A stretch of 64,000 nucleotides of DNA from Candidatus Phycocordibacter aenigmaticus (GTDB taxonomy: Bacteria > Patescibacteriota > Minisyncoccia > Phycocordibacterales > Phycocordibacteraceae): NCBI GenBank assembly GCA_045401115.1, contig CP174359.1:652667-716666 (forward strand), in the 5' to 3' direction. The number at the start of each line of letters is the position of its first letter. Position 1 is the stretch's first letter. The notes beneath the pieces are model-generated. The model searched no databases. It had not been told where the DNA came from and was given only the letters and a program-made list of their open reading frames with translations. Below, piece by piece: positions 21,411-31,047 of this stretch. The position numbers were made by a program, and so were the translations under genes.

Positions 21411-23147
21411 ATGAACAAAGAACTTGAACACAAACGCCACACTCTCGCTCACCTCTTAGCTGCGGCTGTAGGACAGCTTTACCCGCACGCAAAGCTCACC
21501 CTCGGACCCGCTATTGATGATGGATTTTACTATGATATCGATTTTTCTGAAGGAGAAAAACCTGGTGAAGCAGAACTGAAGAAAATTGAAAAAATAATGA
21601 GGAAACTTCTTCCGTCATGGAAAGAGTTTACTCATAAAGAAATGAGTAAAGAGGAAGCTAAGGAACATTTCGAGAGCAACCAATTTAAATTAGAACTCAT
21701 TGATGAGATTGATGCGCGTGATGAAAAAATTACCCTCTATACGATTGGTAATTTTTCCGACCTGTGTCGTGGTGGACATAGTGAGAATCCTGCAAAAGAA
21801 ATTGCACTTGATTCATTTATGCTTGATCGTATTGCCGGCGCGTACTGGCGCGGTGATGAAAAAAACCCAATGCTCACCCGCATCTATGGCCTCGCATTCG
21901 ATACCAAAGAAGAACTAGATGCATACCTTGCTCAACGTGAAGAGGCGCGTAAACGCGACCATAAAAAACTTGGTGCAGAGCTTGGGCTCTTTACTATTTC
22001 CCCGCTTGTTGGATCAGGGCTGCCACTTTTAAAACCAAAAGGTATGATTATCCGACGAGAAATTGAAGAATACCTCTGGGAACTTCATAAAAACAAGGGA
22101 TACGACCGAGTGTGGACACCACATATCACAAACTTGTCACTTTATGAGACAAGTGGGCATGCGGAAAAATTTGGTGAAGAACTGTTCCGTGTTAAAGGAG
22201 GCGATGAAGACTTCGCTTTAAAACCAATGAACTGCCCACACCATATGCAGATTTTTGCTGATGACCAATTTTCATACCGTGATATGCCGGTACGTTATTT
22301 TGAACCCGCAACAGTATATCGTTATGAAAAATCCGGTCAACTTTCCGGCCTTACCCGTGTACGCGCCATCACTCAAGATGACGGACATTTGTTCTGTCGC
22401 GTCTCGCAAATTACCGAAGAGGTATCGGAAATTATTTCTATTGTTCGCGCATTCTACGAAACCGTGGGATTACTCGATGATTATTGGGTGAGTCTATCTG
22501 TGCGTGGCCCAGAGGGTATGTATCTCGGCGGTGATGCAGTATGGGATCAAGCAGAGACTGCACTTGAAGAAGCAGCTCAAAAAAATGAATTAAATTATAC
22601 ACGTGTTGAAGGTGAAGCAGCATTCTACGGACCAAAGCTCGACTTTATGTTTAAAGACGCGATTGGTCGTGAGTGGCAACTCGCAACTATTCAATGTGAC
22701 TTTAACCTCCCTGAGCGCTTTAAACTGGCATATACTAACGAACAAGGAGAGAAAGAACAGCCAGTTGTGATTCATCGTGCTATCTCAGGATCTATTGAAC
22801 GTTTTATGGGCGTACTGATTGAGCATTATGCTGGAGCCTTCCCTCTTTGGCTTGCGCCAACACAAGTAAAAGTGCTTCCAGTGTCTGAGTCGCACCAGGC
22901 GTATGCTAAGAGCGTTATGGAAAAACTTGCTGAGGCAGGAATTCGCACTGAACTTGATAACGAAGAATCCCTTGGTAAACGTATCCGCCAGGCGAATATT
23001 GAGAAAGTCCCCTACTTCTTTGTGATTGGTGATAAAGAAGTAGAGGCCGGAACGGTGACTGTAGAAGGGCGTGGAGGCAATGAAGGAGCTCAGGACGTTG
23101 ATGCGGTGATTGCCATGCTCGCTGAAAAGATCAAAGAGCGTTCATAG
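21411..23147 (+). CDS. thrS: Threonine--tRNA ligase (lacks the N-terminal TGS domain)
   Basis: 578 aa. HTLAHLLAAAVGQLYPHAKLTLGPAIDDGFYYDID aligns to the ThrRS N2 editing-domain start. Class II catalytic and anticodon-binding regions follow. Confidence 0.88.
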   Translation: MNKELEHKRHTLAHLLAAAVGQLYPHAKLTLGPAIDDGFYYDIDFSEGEKPGEAELKKIEKIMRKLLPSWKEFTHKEMSKEEAKEHFESNQFKLELIDEIDARDEKITLYTIGNFSDLCRGGHSENPAKEIALDSFMLDRIAGAYWRGDEKNPMLTRIYGLAFDTKEELDAYLAQREEARKRDHKKLGAELGLFTISPLVGSGLPLLKPKGMIIRREIEEYLWELHKNKGYDRVWTPHITNLSLYETSGHAEKFGEELFRVKGGDEDFALKPMNCPHHMQIFADDQFSYRDMPVRYFEPATVYRYEKSGQLSGLTRVRAITQDDGHLFCRVSQITEEVSEIISIVRAFYETVGLLDDYWVSLSVRGPEGMYLGGDAVWDQAETALEEAAQKNELNYTRVEGEAAFYGPKLDFMFKDAIGREWQLATIQCDFNLPERFKLAYTNEQGEKEQPVVIHRAISGSIERFMGVLIEHYAGAFPLWLAPTQVKVLPVSESHQAYAKSVMEKLAEAGIRTELDNEESLGKRIRQANIEKVPYFFVIGDKEVEAGTVTVEGRGGNEGAQDVDAVIAMLAEKIKERS

Positions 23148-23161
23148 ATCCCTCGTTCATA

Positions 23162-23203
23162 TAAAAAATAAACGGCTCACCGAGGTGAGCCGTTTATTTT
23201 TAA
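23162..23203. terminator. Bidirectional intrinsic terminator; member of the ATAAACGGCTCA...TGAGCCGTTTAT hairpin family
   Basis: aaaaaataaacggctcaccgaggtgagccgtttattttt: a 14-bp stem with an A-run upstream and a T-run downstream. It lies between convergent thrS and the surface-protein gene. Confidence 0.7.
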
Positions 23204-23328
23204 TTGTAAGCCTAAAGAGTTTTCTAAAAGAGGTGGAGTTCAAGGCGCTGAGGTTTTTTGCGGTGAGCCGTACTGCTAGATACGGTGAGCCGGAAAAAGT
23301 ACCGAGAGCAACGAAGAAATACGCTCTT

Positions 23329-26300
23329 TTAGGAAACTCTGACGTCGAATGCTTGTGCGAGCGCAATCTTGAGGTTAGTGAATTGTGAGGTGTAACTGGT
23401 ATCAAGTGCGTGAGCAAATACCTCAACCAGTTCTGAAAGCGCCGCATCAGAAACCGTTGCTGCCTTTTCTTTAATATCCAAGTCATTAAACTCAGTGCCT
23501 GTTTTGCGCGATCGGCAGAGACGGTCAAGTGTGGTGGCAATTGCTGTTGCGAACCGTGTTGCTGATACTCCTTCAGACTCTATCTTTGCAAGCAATGTAA
23601 ACGCCTCGTCACGATTACCTGAGAGTAATGCGGCAACAAATCGATTCACTGCTTCACCTTCAAGTGCTGGAGCTTTTGCATCTGACTGCGCATGAGATGT
23701 GTGTGCCGGCGCTTCAGGTGACTCTTCTACCACTGACTCCTCCTGTGGAGTGTTTGTTGACTCGGTCGCGCGGATTAACTCACGAACACGAGTGCCTGAG
23801 AGATGGATCCATCCGTCTTCACGTGGAATAGTGCGTACGGCCTCATTCAGTACGTCACCAAACGCTTTAAGTGTTTCGGCACGTTCGGTACGTAAATGAG
23901 TCGCAACCATCACAGCTTCTGGTGAGAGGAGGATGCCTGCAGCGTGTGCACGTGACTCAATAACATCACTTAACTCAGGCAACGCACCTGCGGCATTTGG
24001 TGTGTATACTACCGACGGACGTGATGCCGGTGCAGCGTGTCTTTGAGGTGCCGGCGCTACTGATGGCGCCATAGTTGCAGCAGCAACTGGTTCTACATCA
24101 CGCTCAAACTCATCCGCTTCATTAAACTGCGGTGCTGCTGTTGTATTGTCATATGATGGCGGTTCATAGTCGTGGTAATCACGAGCATTAGATGTTTGCG
24201 GCACTATGCCAATACGCTCTGCAAAGAACCGTAGACTACCGCGCCCAATAAGGACATAGGTAATGCCGAGACTCCATAGCGCGACTGCCAACCAGAAGAG
24301 CATAGTCAGGAATGGACCTGCCTCAAAACCAGTATATGGAACCTGTGCCAGTGATACGAATGATGCGCCGAGCACCTCACCTCCTGGAGCACTCGCCAAA
24401 GAGACGTTTGGCTGATTTAAACCACCACCACAATTAGTACAACCGGTATTAACACGAACTTCCGCAGAACAAGTGACATCACCATGGGGACCTGAGAAAG
24501 TTGCAGTGTAATTAGTATCAGTTGATGGGAACAATGTATTAGTTGTGCCGCCTCCAACCGGAGATATTGAACCAACATTATTATCAATGCTGCCGCTCGT
24601 TACGTTCGCTGAGGTCCAAGTCAGTGTAATTGAGTCACCAGTATCAATCTGTGAATCAGATGCGGTAAGTGTACACGCAGGTACTGGATCTGGTGGTTGA
24701 TTCACGGTTACTGTAGTGCTACAGCTTGTTGTGTCGCCTGCACTGTTTTTTGCAACACCAGTAAATGTTCTCGTGCTTGTCAGCGGAACAGTATCTTTTG
24801 AACCACTACCAATACTTACTGAACCGATACCTTGATTAATTTCAAAAGAAACGGCATTTTGTGTACTCCACTGGAGTGTTGAAGTTGCATTGAGGTCAAC
24901 CACACTTGGGTTTGAGGTGAGTGTACACACTGGAGCATTAGGTGTAGGAGGTGGATCAATAGTAATAGAACACGTACGCTCTGCGCCAGCACTGTTTCTC
25001 ACTTTAAGGTTGTAGGTACCTGCGCCCACGGTCTTTGAACCATCTTGTGGTGTGATGCCAGCACCGTTAAGGAATGCGGCAGCAGCATTGCTAATAGTCC
25101 AACTCAATTCTGTAGTAGTTTCACCCATAGCAATTGCTGGTGCATCAATAGTACACACTGGAGGGTTAGTCACCACCTGTTTGTTTTTAAAGACGACTGC
25201 GGCACATGAAGACCCACTTGGTACATTCACTACACCGCCTGATGGGGTCACTGAAATCAAATCCCATGAACTACCCGCGTCCACTTCAGTCACTGTATGT
25301 AGTCCAGGAGTGACGTTATCAAAACGTGCGTGTCCATTAGCGTCTGAGGTAACAGTTCGACTACCTAGTTTAAAGGTGAACTGCGCAACCGGTGTGAGCG
25401 GTGCTCCGGTAGTATCAAACGTTTCTTTCAGAATACGGATACATCCAGGGGCTGGAGGTATTGGCGGCGGATCAATAGTAATAGAACATGTACGTTCAGC
25501 ACCGGCGCTATTTCTCACTTTGAGGTTGTAGGTACCTGCGCCCACGGTCTTTGAACCATCTTGTGGTGTGATGCCAGCACCGTTAAGGAATGCGGCAGCA
25601 GCATTGCTAATAGTCCAACTCAATTCTGTAGTAGTTTCACCCATAGCAATTGCTGGTGCATCAATAGTACACACTGGAGGGTTAGTCACCACCTGTTTGT
25701 TTTTAAAGACGACTGCGGCACATGAAGACCCACTTGGTACATTCACTACACCGCCTGATGGGGTCACTGAAATCAAATCCCATGAACTACCCGCGTCCAC
25801 TTCAGTCACTGTATGTAGTCCAGGAGTGACGTTATCAAAACGTGCGTGTCCATTAGCGTCTGAGGTAACAGTTCGACTACCTAGTTTAAAGGTGAACTGC
25901 GCAACCGGTGTGAGCGGTGCTCCGGTAGTATCAAACGTTTCTTTCAGAATACGGATACATCCAGGGGCTGGAGGAGGAGTTTCAACAGTAATTGCTGCCG
26001 TACAGGTGGCAGTATCTCCGGCACTGTTTTGAACAGTACCAGTATATACGAACGTACCTGCACTTCCTGGTGTTATAGATTTTGTCCCATTTGCAATTGG
26101 ACTCGTCCAAAGAGAGAGCGCTCCCACTCCACGATTAATAGAAAAACTTGTTGCGTTGCGTGTTTCCCACGTAATATCAGCATCTTCGCCGAGTTCAATA
26201 GTACTTGGTGCGATGGACATTGTACATACAGGTGGCTGGATTTGCGGAGCAACAGTGACCGTATCAGAACACGTAGCGGTGCGACCAGTAGCACTCGTTA

Positions 26301-26742
26301 CCGTCATAGTGTATGTGGTACTTCCGACCGGAGGAGTAACTGAACGGGTACCGTTTGAGATATTTACCGCCCCAATATTTTGATTAATAGTTGCAGTACT
26401 TGCACGCGTGGTCGTCCAAGACAGGTTGGTGCTGTCACCAAAAGACAGAGAAGATGGGTTCGCGGTAAGTGTACATACTGGAGTAATGTGACCGCCACCG
26501 CCGCCACCGCCATCACCGCCACCGCCGCCGATAGTGCCACCGCCGCCGCCCCAACCGCCGCCACCACCACCGCCGCCGTCGTGCTTAATACAAGTATGAC
26601 AACTAATAATCGCGTTGGCAGTATTGATACCTCGATCCACAACACTTTCTGAAAGGTCCACTGTAAACCATGCCCCGGCAAAAAGCAGGATAAATATAAA
26701 AAATGAACGAGCAATGGTGTTATATACGTTGTTATTTATCAT
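23329..26742 (-). CDS. Giant cell-surface protein with N-terminal signal/anchor, poly-Gly tract, about 7 Cys-bracketed Ig-like repeats, a TM helix and a ~350-aa cytoplasmic tail
   Basis: 1137-aa ORF with N-terminal hydrophobic FFIFILLFAGAWF. A Gly tract (GGGGGGGGWGGGGGTIGGGGGDGGGGGGG) is encoded by the GCC/ACC-repeat DNA at about 26490..26580. Repeated ~85-aa modules follow the pattern PVCT...LxW...TCxxTITV, alternating with prealbumin/Cna-B-like modules. The motif VPYTG is followed by a TM helix and basic residues (RGSLRFF). The start overlaps the upstream sortase stop (ATGA). Confidence 0.75.
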   Translation of the reverse strand: MINNNVYNTIARSFFIFILLFAGAWFTVDLSESVVDRGINTANAIISCHTCIKHDGGGGGGGGWGGGGGTIGGGGGDGGGGGGGHITPVCTLTANPSSLSFGDSTNLSWTTTRASTATINQNIGAVNISNGTRSVTPPVGSTTYTMTVTSATGRTATCSDTVTVAPQIQPPVCTMSIAPSTIELGEDADITWETRNATSFSINRGVGALSLWTSPIANGTKSITPGSAGTFVYTGTVQNSAGDTATCTAAITVETPPPAPGCIRILKETFDTTGAPLTPVAQFTFKLGSRTVTSDANGHARFDNVTPGLHTVTEVDAGSSWDLISVTPSGGVVNVPSGSSCAAVVFKNKQVVTNPPVCTIDAPAIAMGETTTELSWTISNAAAAFLNGAGITPQDGSKTVGAGTYNLKVRNSAGAERTCSITIDPPPIPPAPGCIRILKETFDTTGAPLTPVAQFTFKLGSRTVTSDANGHARFDNVTPGLHTVTEVDAGSSWDLISVTPSGGVVNVPSGSSCAAVVFKNKQVVTNPPVCTIDAPAIAMGETTTELSWTISNAAAAFLNGAGITPQDGSKTVGAGTYNLKVRNSAGAERTCSITIDPPPTPNAPVCTLTSNPSVVDLNATSTLQWSTQNAVSFEINQGIGSVSIGSGSKDTVPLTSTRTFTGVAKNSAGDTTSCSTTVTVNQPPDPVPACTLTASDSQIDTGDSITLTWTSANVTSGSIDNNVGSISPVGGGTTNTLFPSTDTNYTATFSGPHGDVTCSAEVRVNTGCTNCGGGLNQPNVSLASAPGGEVLGASFVSLAQVPYTGFEAGPFLTMLFWLAVALWSLGITYVLIGRGSLRFFAERIGIVPQTSNARDYHDYEPPSYDNTTAAPQFNEADEFERDVEPVAAATMAPSVAPAPQRHAAPASRPSVVYTPNAAGALPELSDVIESRAHAAGILLSPEAVMVATHLRTERAETLKAFGDVLNEAVRTIPREDGWIHLSGTRVRELIRATESTNTPQEESVVEESPEAPAHTSHAQSDAKAPALEGEAVNRFVAALLSGNRDEAFTLLAKIESEGVSATRFATAIATTLDRLCRSRKTGTEFNDLDIKEKAATVSDAALSELVEVFAHALDTSYTSQFTNLKIALAQAFDVRVS
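24962..25993 (-). repeat. Exact in-frame tandem duplication (2 x 516 bp) inside the surface-protein gene
   Basis: About 470 bp are identical at period 516, for example the 25001.. and 25517.. copies of ctttRaggttgtaggtacctgcgcccacggtctttgaacc... This yields two identical 172-aa protein units and the identical plus-strand shadow ORFs 25052..25531 and 25568..26032. Confidence 0.85.
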
Positions 26743-27365
26743 AGAATAGAATGGGTACTATAGAACGCCTCAACAACATAACGTTCACCTGGTTCACCAA
26801 ATGAGTTACATGTTGAAAGGATTAAGTTTTGTGAATTTTCTTTAAGTGGAATCAATGCGTCTGATGCCTGCACTAATGATACGGACTGAACAGTATACTC
26901 ATACAGAGTGTTATCTGAATATACTTTGATCACGTCGCCGGCTGAAAGTTTTTGAAGACCGTTAAAAGCTTTAAAAGCTTTGTTTTGTACAACAGGCAAA
27001 CCGCTTTGGTGACCAAAAAGGAACATCGTGGATCGTTCCCCTAAACGCGCCGACCCTGGATATCGCACTGCTCCGTTAAGTAGCGCATTATCAAGGTCGG
27101 TAATGGCTGTTGATGTAGGATTTTCAATCTTTGTATCAACACCAATAGACGGTATTACGACACGAGTTGGTGCCTCAACATATTGAGGCATTTCCACTGG
27201 GGTTTCCTCTGATGCAGTTTCAGCAGCAACAGATTCCTCTTGTTGCGGTGCTTCTGGTACAAAGTCAACGAGAAAAAGTATCACTGCTGTGATGAAAAAT
27301 ACACCGAAAAATACCATTAACAAACGGATTGGGTGTATATCACGATTTGATACTCTTTGCGTCAT
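26739..27365 (-). CDS. Sortase-family transpeptidase
   Basis: 208 aa with an N-terminal TM anchor. Conserved sortase blocks are VIPSIGVDTKI, RYPGSARLGE, MFLFGHQ and ILSTC (the TLxTC catalytic Cys motif). Confidence 0.75.
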   Translation of the reverse strand: MTQRVSNRDIHPIRLLMVFFGVFFITAVILFLVDFVPEAPQQEESVAAETASEETPVEMPQYVEAPTRVVIPSIGVDTKIENPTSTAITDLDNALLNGAVRYPGSARLGERSTMFLFGHQSGLPVVQNKAFKAFNGLQKLSAGDVIKVYSDNTLYEYTVQSVSLVQASDALIPLKENSQNLILSTCNSFGEPGERYVVEAFYSTHSIL

Positions 27366-27603
27366 AATCTGTGTGTCGCTGCTGTCAAATAACTGTCTCT
27401 TATCGGTATTCAGCGACTCCTGGGCCTATTCCAGGTTGGAACCAATTCTATATATGAAAATAGGATTTGTCAAGTCTTTCATTATTCATCCATATACTGC
27501 GCGCTCTTTGGCTAAAGGTCATTTTATGATAGGTAATCATACGTATAGTACGCTGCGAGAAAACTTGACAAAACCTTTTTTATGTTATATATATGCATTA
27601 CAT

Positions 27604-28650
27604 ATGAATACAGAAAATAATCGAAATCAGAACGGCGCGACACGAGCCGTGACCCGTGTGTTTGCTGTTATTGGCTTTATCGCGATAATTCCGTTTGGTC
27701 TCTGGGCAAGTGTGTCTGTTGCTCGAGCAATGCCTGATGCATTCAGCGCGATAGCATCTGCGTTAGTATCGGTTACGTCAGTGTTTGTCTCTGCAGATGA
27801 AACAATCACACTTTCTGTCCCCTCTTTAACTGTACAATCAGGTGATTCATTCGTGCTTTCTTGGGAACATACACAAAAACGCACCGAGGGACGTTACACA
27901 TTAAGCTATGGATGTGTTGAGGGAGTGACAGTGCATCGACCGACAACACAAAATGCATCTGCTGAATTTGCATGTAACACTCCTGTTGAATTTCTTAACG
28001 CCAATAATTCGGTCGTGTTAACTGTAAAGTCAACGCAAAACCGCTTTGTTGACTTACCGATTACCCTCGCGTTTACTCCGCAAAGCGCAGGTGTACCAAC
28101 AGTAACCGCTAACACACTTATAACTATTGAAAATAGCGCTCTTACCGGTAGTCCTACGGTGACCGAAACCTCTACTCCCACACGACCAACAACACCAACT
28201 CGTGGAGAAGAAACAACCACTATTGATGTGATTAATACTACTGGACCAGCAGCAAGTGATCCAAATGGTTTTGTTGACCTCTCAGCACGTCTTATTGAGG
28301 TGGGTGTCGTTGATAAAGCTACCGGTGAATTTACCGCAAGCTCAACGCCAAGTCGTTCAGTTATTGGTAAACGCGTTGCGGCACGGTTTGCTATTGAAAA
28401 CAACGGGACTAAGACCAGTGATCAATGGACCTTTAACGCGGTGCTTCCAACCTACCCTTCACATATCTACAGCTCCCCTACCCAGCAGATACTTGGCCCG
28501 GGTGACCGTATTGAGTTTACGCTTGGATTTGACTCTTTCGAGCAAGACAACGAAGGAGTACTTATTGTGAACGTTGATCCAACGCAACGTATCAATGAGT
28601 CAAATAAGGATAACAACATCCTCCGCGCTCCTATTACGGTTATTGATTAA
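27604..28650 (+). CDS. Secreted/membrane-anchored hypothetical protein with Thr/Pro-rich linker and a CARDB-like C-terminal domain
   Basis: The start is taken at the internal ATG 27604 (MNTENNRNQ...), because the longer ORF would overlap the sortase gene. It has an N-terminal TM/signal (VFAVIGFIAIIPFGLWASVSVARA), a TPTRPTTPTR linker and a C-terminal block KRVAARFAIENNGTKTSDQWTFNAVLP...GDRIEFTLGFD, loosely CARDB-like. Confidence 0.55.
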   Translation: MNTENNRNQNGATRAVTRVFAVIGFIAIIPFGLWASVSVARAMPDAFSAIASALVSVTSVFVSADETITLSVPSLTVQSGDSFVLSWEHTQKRTEGRYTLSYGCVEGVTVHRPTTQNASAEFACNTPVEFLNANNSVVLTVKSTQNRFVDLPITLAFTPQSAGVPTVTANTLITIENSALTGSPTVTETSTPTRPTTPTRGEETTTIDVINTTGPAASDPNGFVDLSARLIEVGVVDKATGEFTASSTPSRSVIGKRVAARFAIENNGTKTSDQWTFNAVLPTYPSHIYSSPTQQILGPGDRIEFTLGFDSFEQDNEGVLIVNVDPTQRINESNKDNNILRAPITVID

Positions 28651-28674
28651 TCAATTAATAACTGTATCCTCTTA

Positions 28675-28710
28675 AAACAGCACCTACTTATAGGTGCTGT
28701 TTTTTATAAA
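28675..28710. terminator. Bidirectional intrinsic terminator (aaaacagcacctacttataggtgctgtttttt)
   Basis: 10-bp stem flanked by AAAA and TTTTTT. It lies between the convergent secreted-protein gene and gyrB. Confidence 0.65.
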
Positions 28711-28728
28711 ATATTCAAAGAAAGTTGA

Positions 28729-30852
28729 TTAAATATCGAGATTAGCAGCTTTAGCATTACTTTGGATAAATGATTTTCGTGCAGGAACATCAGTGCCCAT
28801 AAGGATGTCAAAGATGCGGTCGGCTTCTTGTGCGTCGTTAATGGTTACCTGCTTCAATACCCGACGTTCCGGATCCATGGTGGTTTCCCAAAGCTCTTCC
28901 GGATTCATTTCACCGAGACCTTTGTATCGTTGTAGTGAGAATTTACTCTGACGCTTTTTCTTTGCTGGTGTCTCCTCTTCTTCCTCATCTCCATTTTCAC
29001 CCTGTTCAGCTTCGACAAGATTTTCTACTTCATCAACATCTTGTTTACCAACAATGGCATTCTTCTCAGCTTCAGTGAAGGCGTAGAATACTTCTTTACC
29101 TTTCTTAATTTTGAAAAGAGGTGGTTGAGCAATATAGAGATATCCACCCTCTACCACTTCTTTGAAGTAGCGATAGAAAAGTGTGAGAAGAAGAGTGCGA
29201 ATGTGCGCACCGTCAACATCTGCGTCAGTCGCAATAATAATTTTATGGTAGCGTAATTTTGAAACATCAAATAAGTCACCGATTGCCGTACCGAGTGCTA
29301 CGACCAGCGCTTTGATTTCGTTTGATGCGAGCATCCGGTCAAGTCGTGCGCGCTCTACGTTTAAAATCTTTCCACGAAGCGGCAAGATGGCTTGCGTGCG
29401 ACGATCACGACCCTGCTTACTTGAGCCACCTGCAGAGTCTCCCTCCACGATGAACAACTCAGATTCTTCAGCACTTCTACTTTGACAGTCAGCAAGTTTA
29501 CCCGGTAAGGTCATACCCTCAAGCGCGCCCTTTCTCAGTACTGAGTCTTTTGCTGCCTTTGCCGCTTTACGTGCTTTAAGTGCAAGTAAACTCTTACTAC
29601 AAATAGACCGTGCTTCATCAGGATGCGTTTCCAAAAAGTCCGCGAAACTTTCTGCAAACACAGTGTCTACCGCGCCACGTGCTTCAACCGAGCCGAGTTT
29701 TGCCTTGGTCTGTCCTTCAAACTGAATTTCCGGCATCTTTACCGAAATAACGGCAGTAATACCCTCGAGCACATCGTCACCAGTGAAATTCTCTTCTCCT
29801 TCTTTTACGAGTTTATTTTTACGGGCATAACTATTTAAAGTTCGCGTGAGCGCTGTCTTAAATCCAGTTACATGCATACCCCCTTCCGGCGTATGAATAT
29901 TGTTTGCAAATGCAGTCAACCTTCCAGAAATATCGTCAACATACTGAAGGGCAATCTCTACTGAAACATCTTCAACCTCTTTATCAATATAGAAAATTGT
30001 TTTATGCACCGCTTTTTGAGAACGGTTATTGAATGACACAAGAGAACGTAGTCCTCCTTCGAAATAAAACGTTTGTGATGGTGCCTGCAAGCCAAGGAAA
30101 CGTAGATATAACTCCCCACTTAAGTCAGGTACTGCAGTGTGTTCACGCAAATCCCATACCGCAATACGTGTTCCTTTTACTAAGTACGCCTGCTGACGTA
30201 GATGAGAAACGATACGCTTCCATTCATATACAACTTCTTTAAAGATTTCTTCGTCAGCTTCAAACGTAAGAATGGTACCGGTAAAATCTGAAGGTCCCAC
30301 TTTTTTTACTTTTGCCTTCGCCTTGCCACGTGCATATTCCTGCATGTAATGTGCACCGTCACGATGTACATCGACACGCGTATATACTGAGAGCGCGTTC
30401 ACGACCGACACACCAACTCCATGAAGACCACCGGATACTTTATAACCACTTTCATCACCGCCGAATTTACCACCAGCGTGAAGCGTGGTCATAATCGTTT
30501 CAAGTGCTGAAACTTTTGTTTGTTTATGTATATCAACCGGAATACCACGGCCATTGTCTACTACACGAATACGATTCCCAGGGAGAAGCGCCACCTCGAT
30601 ATCATTAGCAAAGCCACCCATCGCTTCGTCACGTGAGTTGTCAAAAACCTCCCAAATAAGGTGGTGCAGACCATCCGGACCAGTGGTGCCAATATACATA
30701 CCGGGACGTTTACGTACCGGTTCGAGTCCTTCAAGGACTGAAATCTGCTCTGCGCCGTATGAGCCTGCCGCCGCCTTTTTAGCGGTTTTCTTAGCAGCTG
30801 GTGCTTTTTTAGCAGCGCTTTTCTTGGTCGTTTTCTTAGGTGTATTAGGCAT
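28729..30852 (-). CDS. gyrB: DNA gyrase subunit B with Lys/Ala-rich N-terminal extension
   Basis: 707 aa. A KKTTKKSAAKKAPAAKK tail precedes SYGAEQISVLEGLEPVRKRPGMYIG (GHKL ATPase). TOPRIM and C-terminal GyrB regions follow. Confidence 0.9.
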   Translation of the reverse strand: MPNTPKKTTKKSAAKKAPAAKKTAKKAAAGSYGAEQISVLEGLEPVRKRPGMYIGTTGPDGLHHLIWEVFDNSRDEAMGGFANDIEVALLPGNRIRVVDNGRGIPVDIHKQTKVSALETIMTTLHAGGKFGGDESGYKVSGGLHGVGVSVVNALSVYTRVDVHRDGAHYMQEYARGKAKAKVKKVGPSDFTGTILTFEADEEIFKEVVYEWKRIVSHLRQQAYLVKGTRIAVWDLREHTAVPDLSGELYLRFLGLQAPSQTFYFEGGLRSLVSFNNRSQKAVHKTIFYIDKEVEDVSVEIALQYVDDISGRLTAFANNIHTPEGGMHVTGFKTALTRTLNSYARKNKLVKEGEENFTGDDVLEGITAVISVKMPEIQFEGQTKAKLGSVEARGAVDTVFAESFADFLETHPDEARSICSKSLLALKARKAAKAAKDSVLRKGALEGMTLPGKLADCQSRSAEESELFIVEGDSAGGSSKQGRDRRTQAILPLRGKILNVERARLDRMLASNEIKALVVALGTAIGDLFDVSKLRYHKIIIATDADVDGAHIRTLLLTLFYRYFKEVVEGGYLYIAQPPLFKIKKGKEVFYAFTEAEKNAIVGKQDVDEVENLVEAEQGENGDEEEEETPAKKKRQSKFSLQRYKGLGEMNPEELWETTMDPERRVLKQVTINDAQEADRIFDILMGTDVPARKSFIQSNAKAANLDI

Positions 30853-31047
30853 CTATATAAGCATTAAAAATGGCGCCTCGCGGGCCTCATATATTATACC
30901 ATCCGTATGCGTGAAAATCTCCCACATATAACCCCCCTCGTCAGGACTTCAATAGTCCCCGTTCTTTCCTCGATACACTCTGATTCATCCCCGCAACGGG
31001 GTTGATGGGTATGGACGGGAGGCTCATTTTTACATACACTAGAGGCT

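Noticed and set aside
25052-26032. Two plus-strand ORFs (25052..25531, 25568..26032) encoding identical 150-aa peptides
   Set aside because: They are antisense shadow ORFs of the 516-bp tandem duplication inside the minus-strand surface-protein gene. Their identity reflects the DNA repeat, not a duplicated gene.
27289-27603. Longer N-terminal extension of the secreted CARDB-like protein (ORF from 27289)
   Set aside because: It would overlap the sortase coding region on the opposite strand by about 75 nt, and its first 105 aa are low-complexity. The internal ATG at 27604 gives a clean signal/anchor N-terminus.
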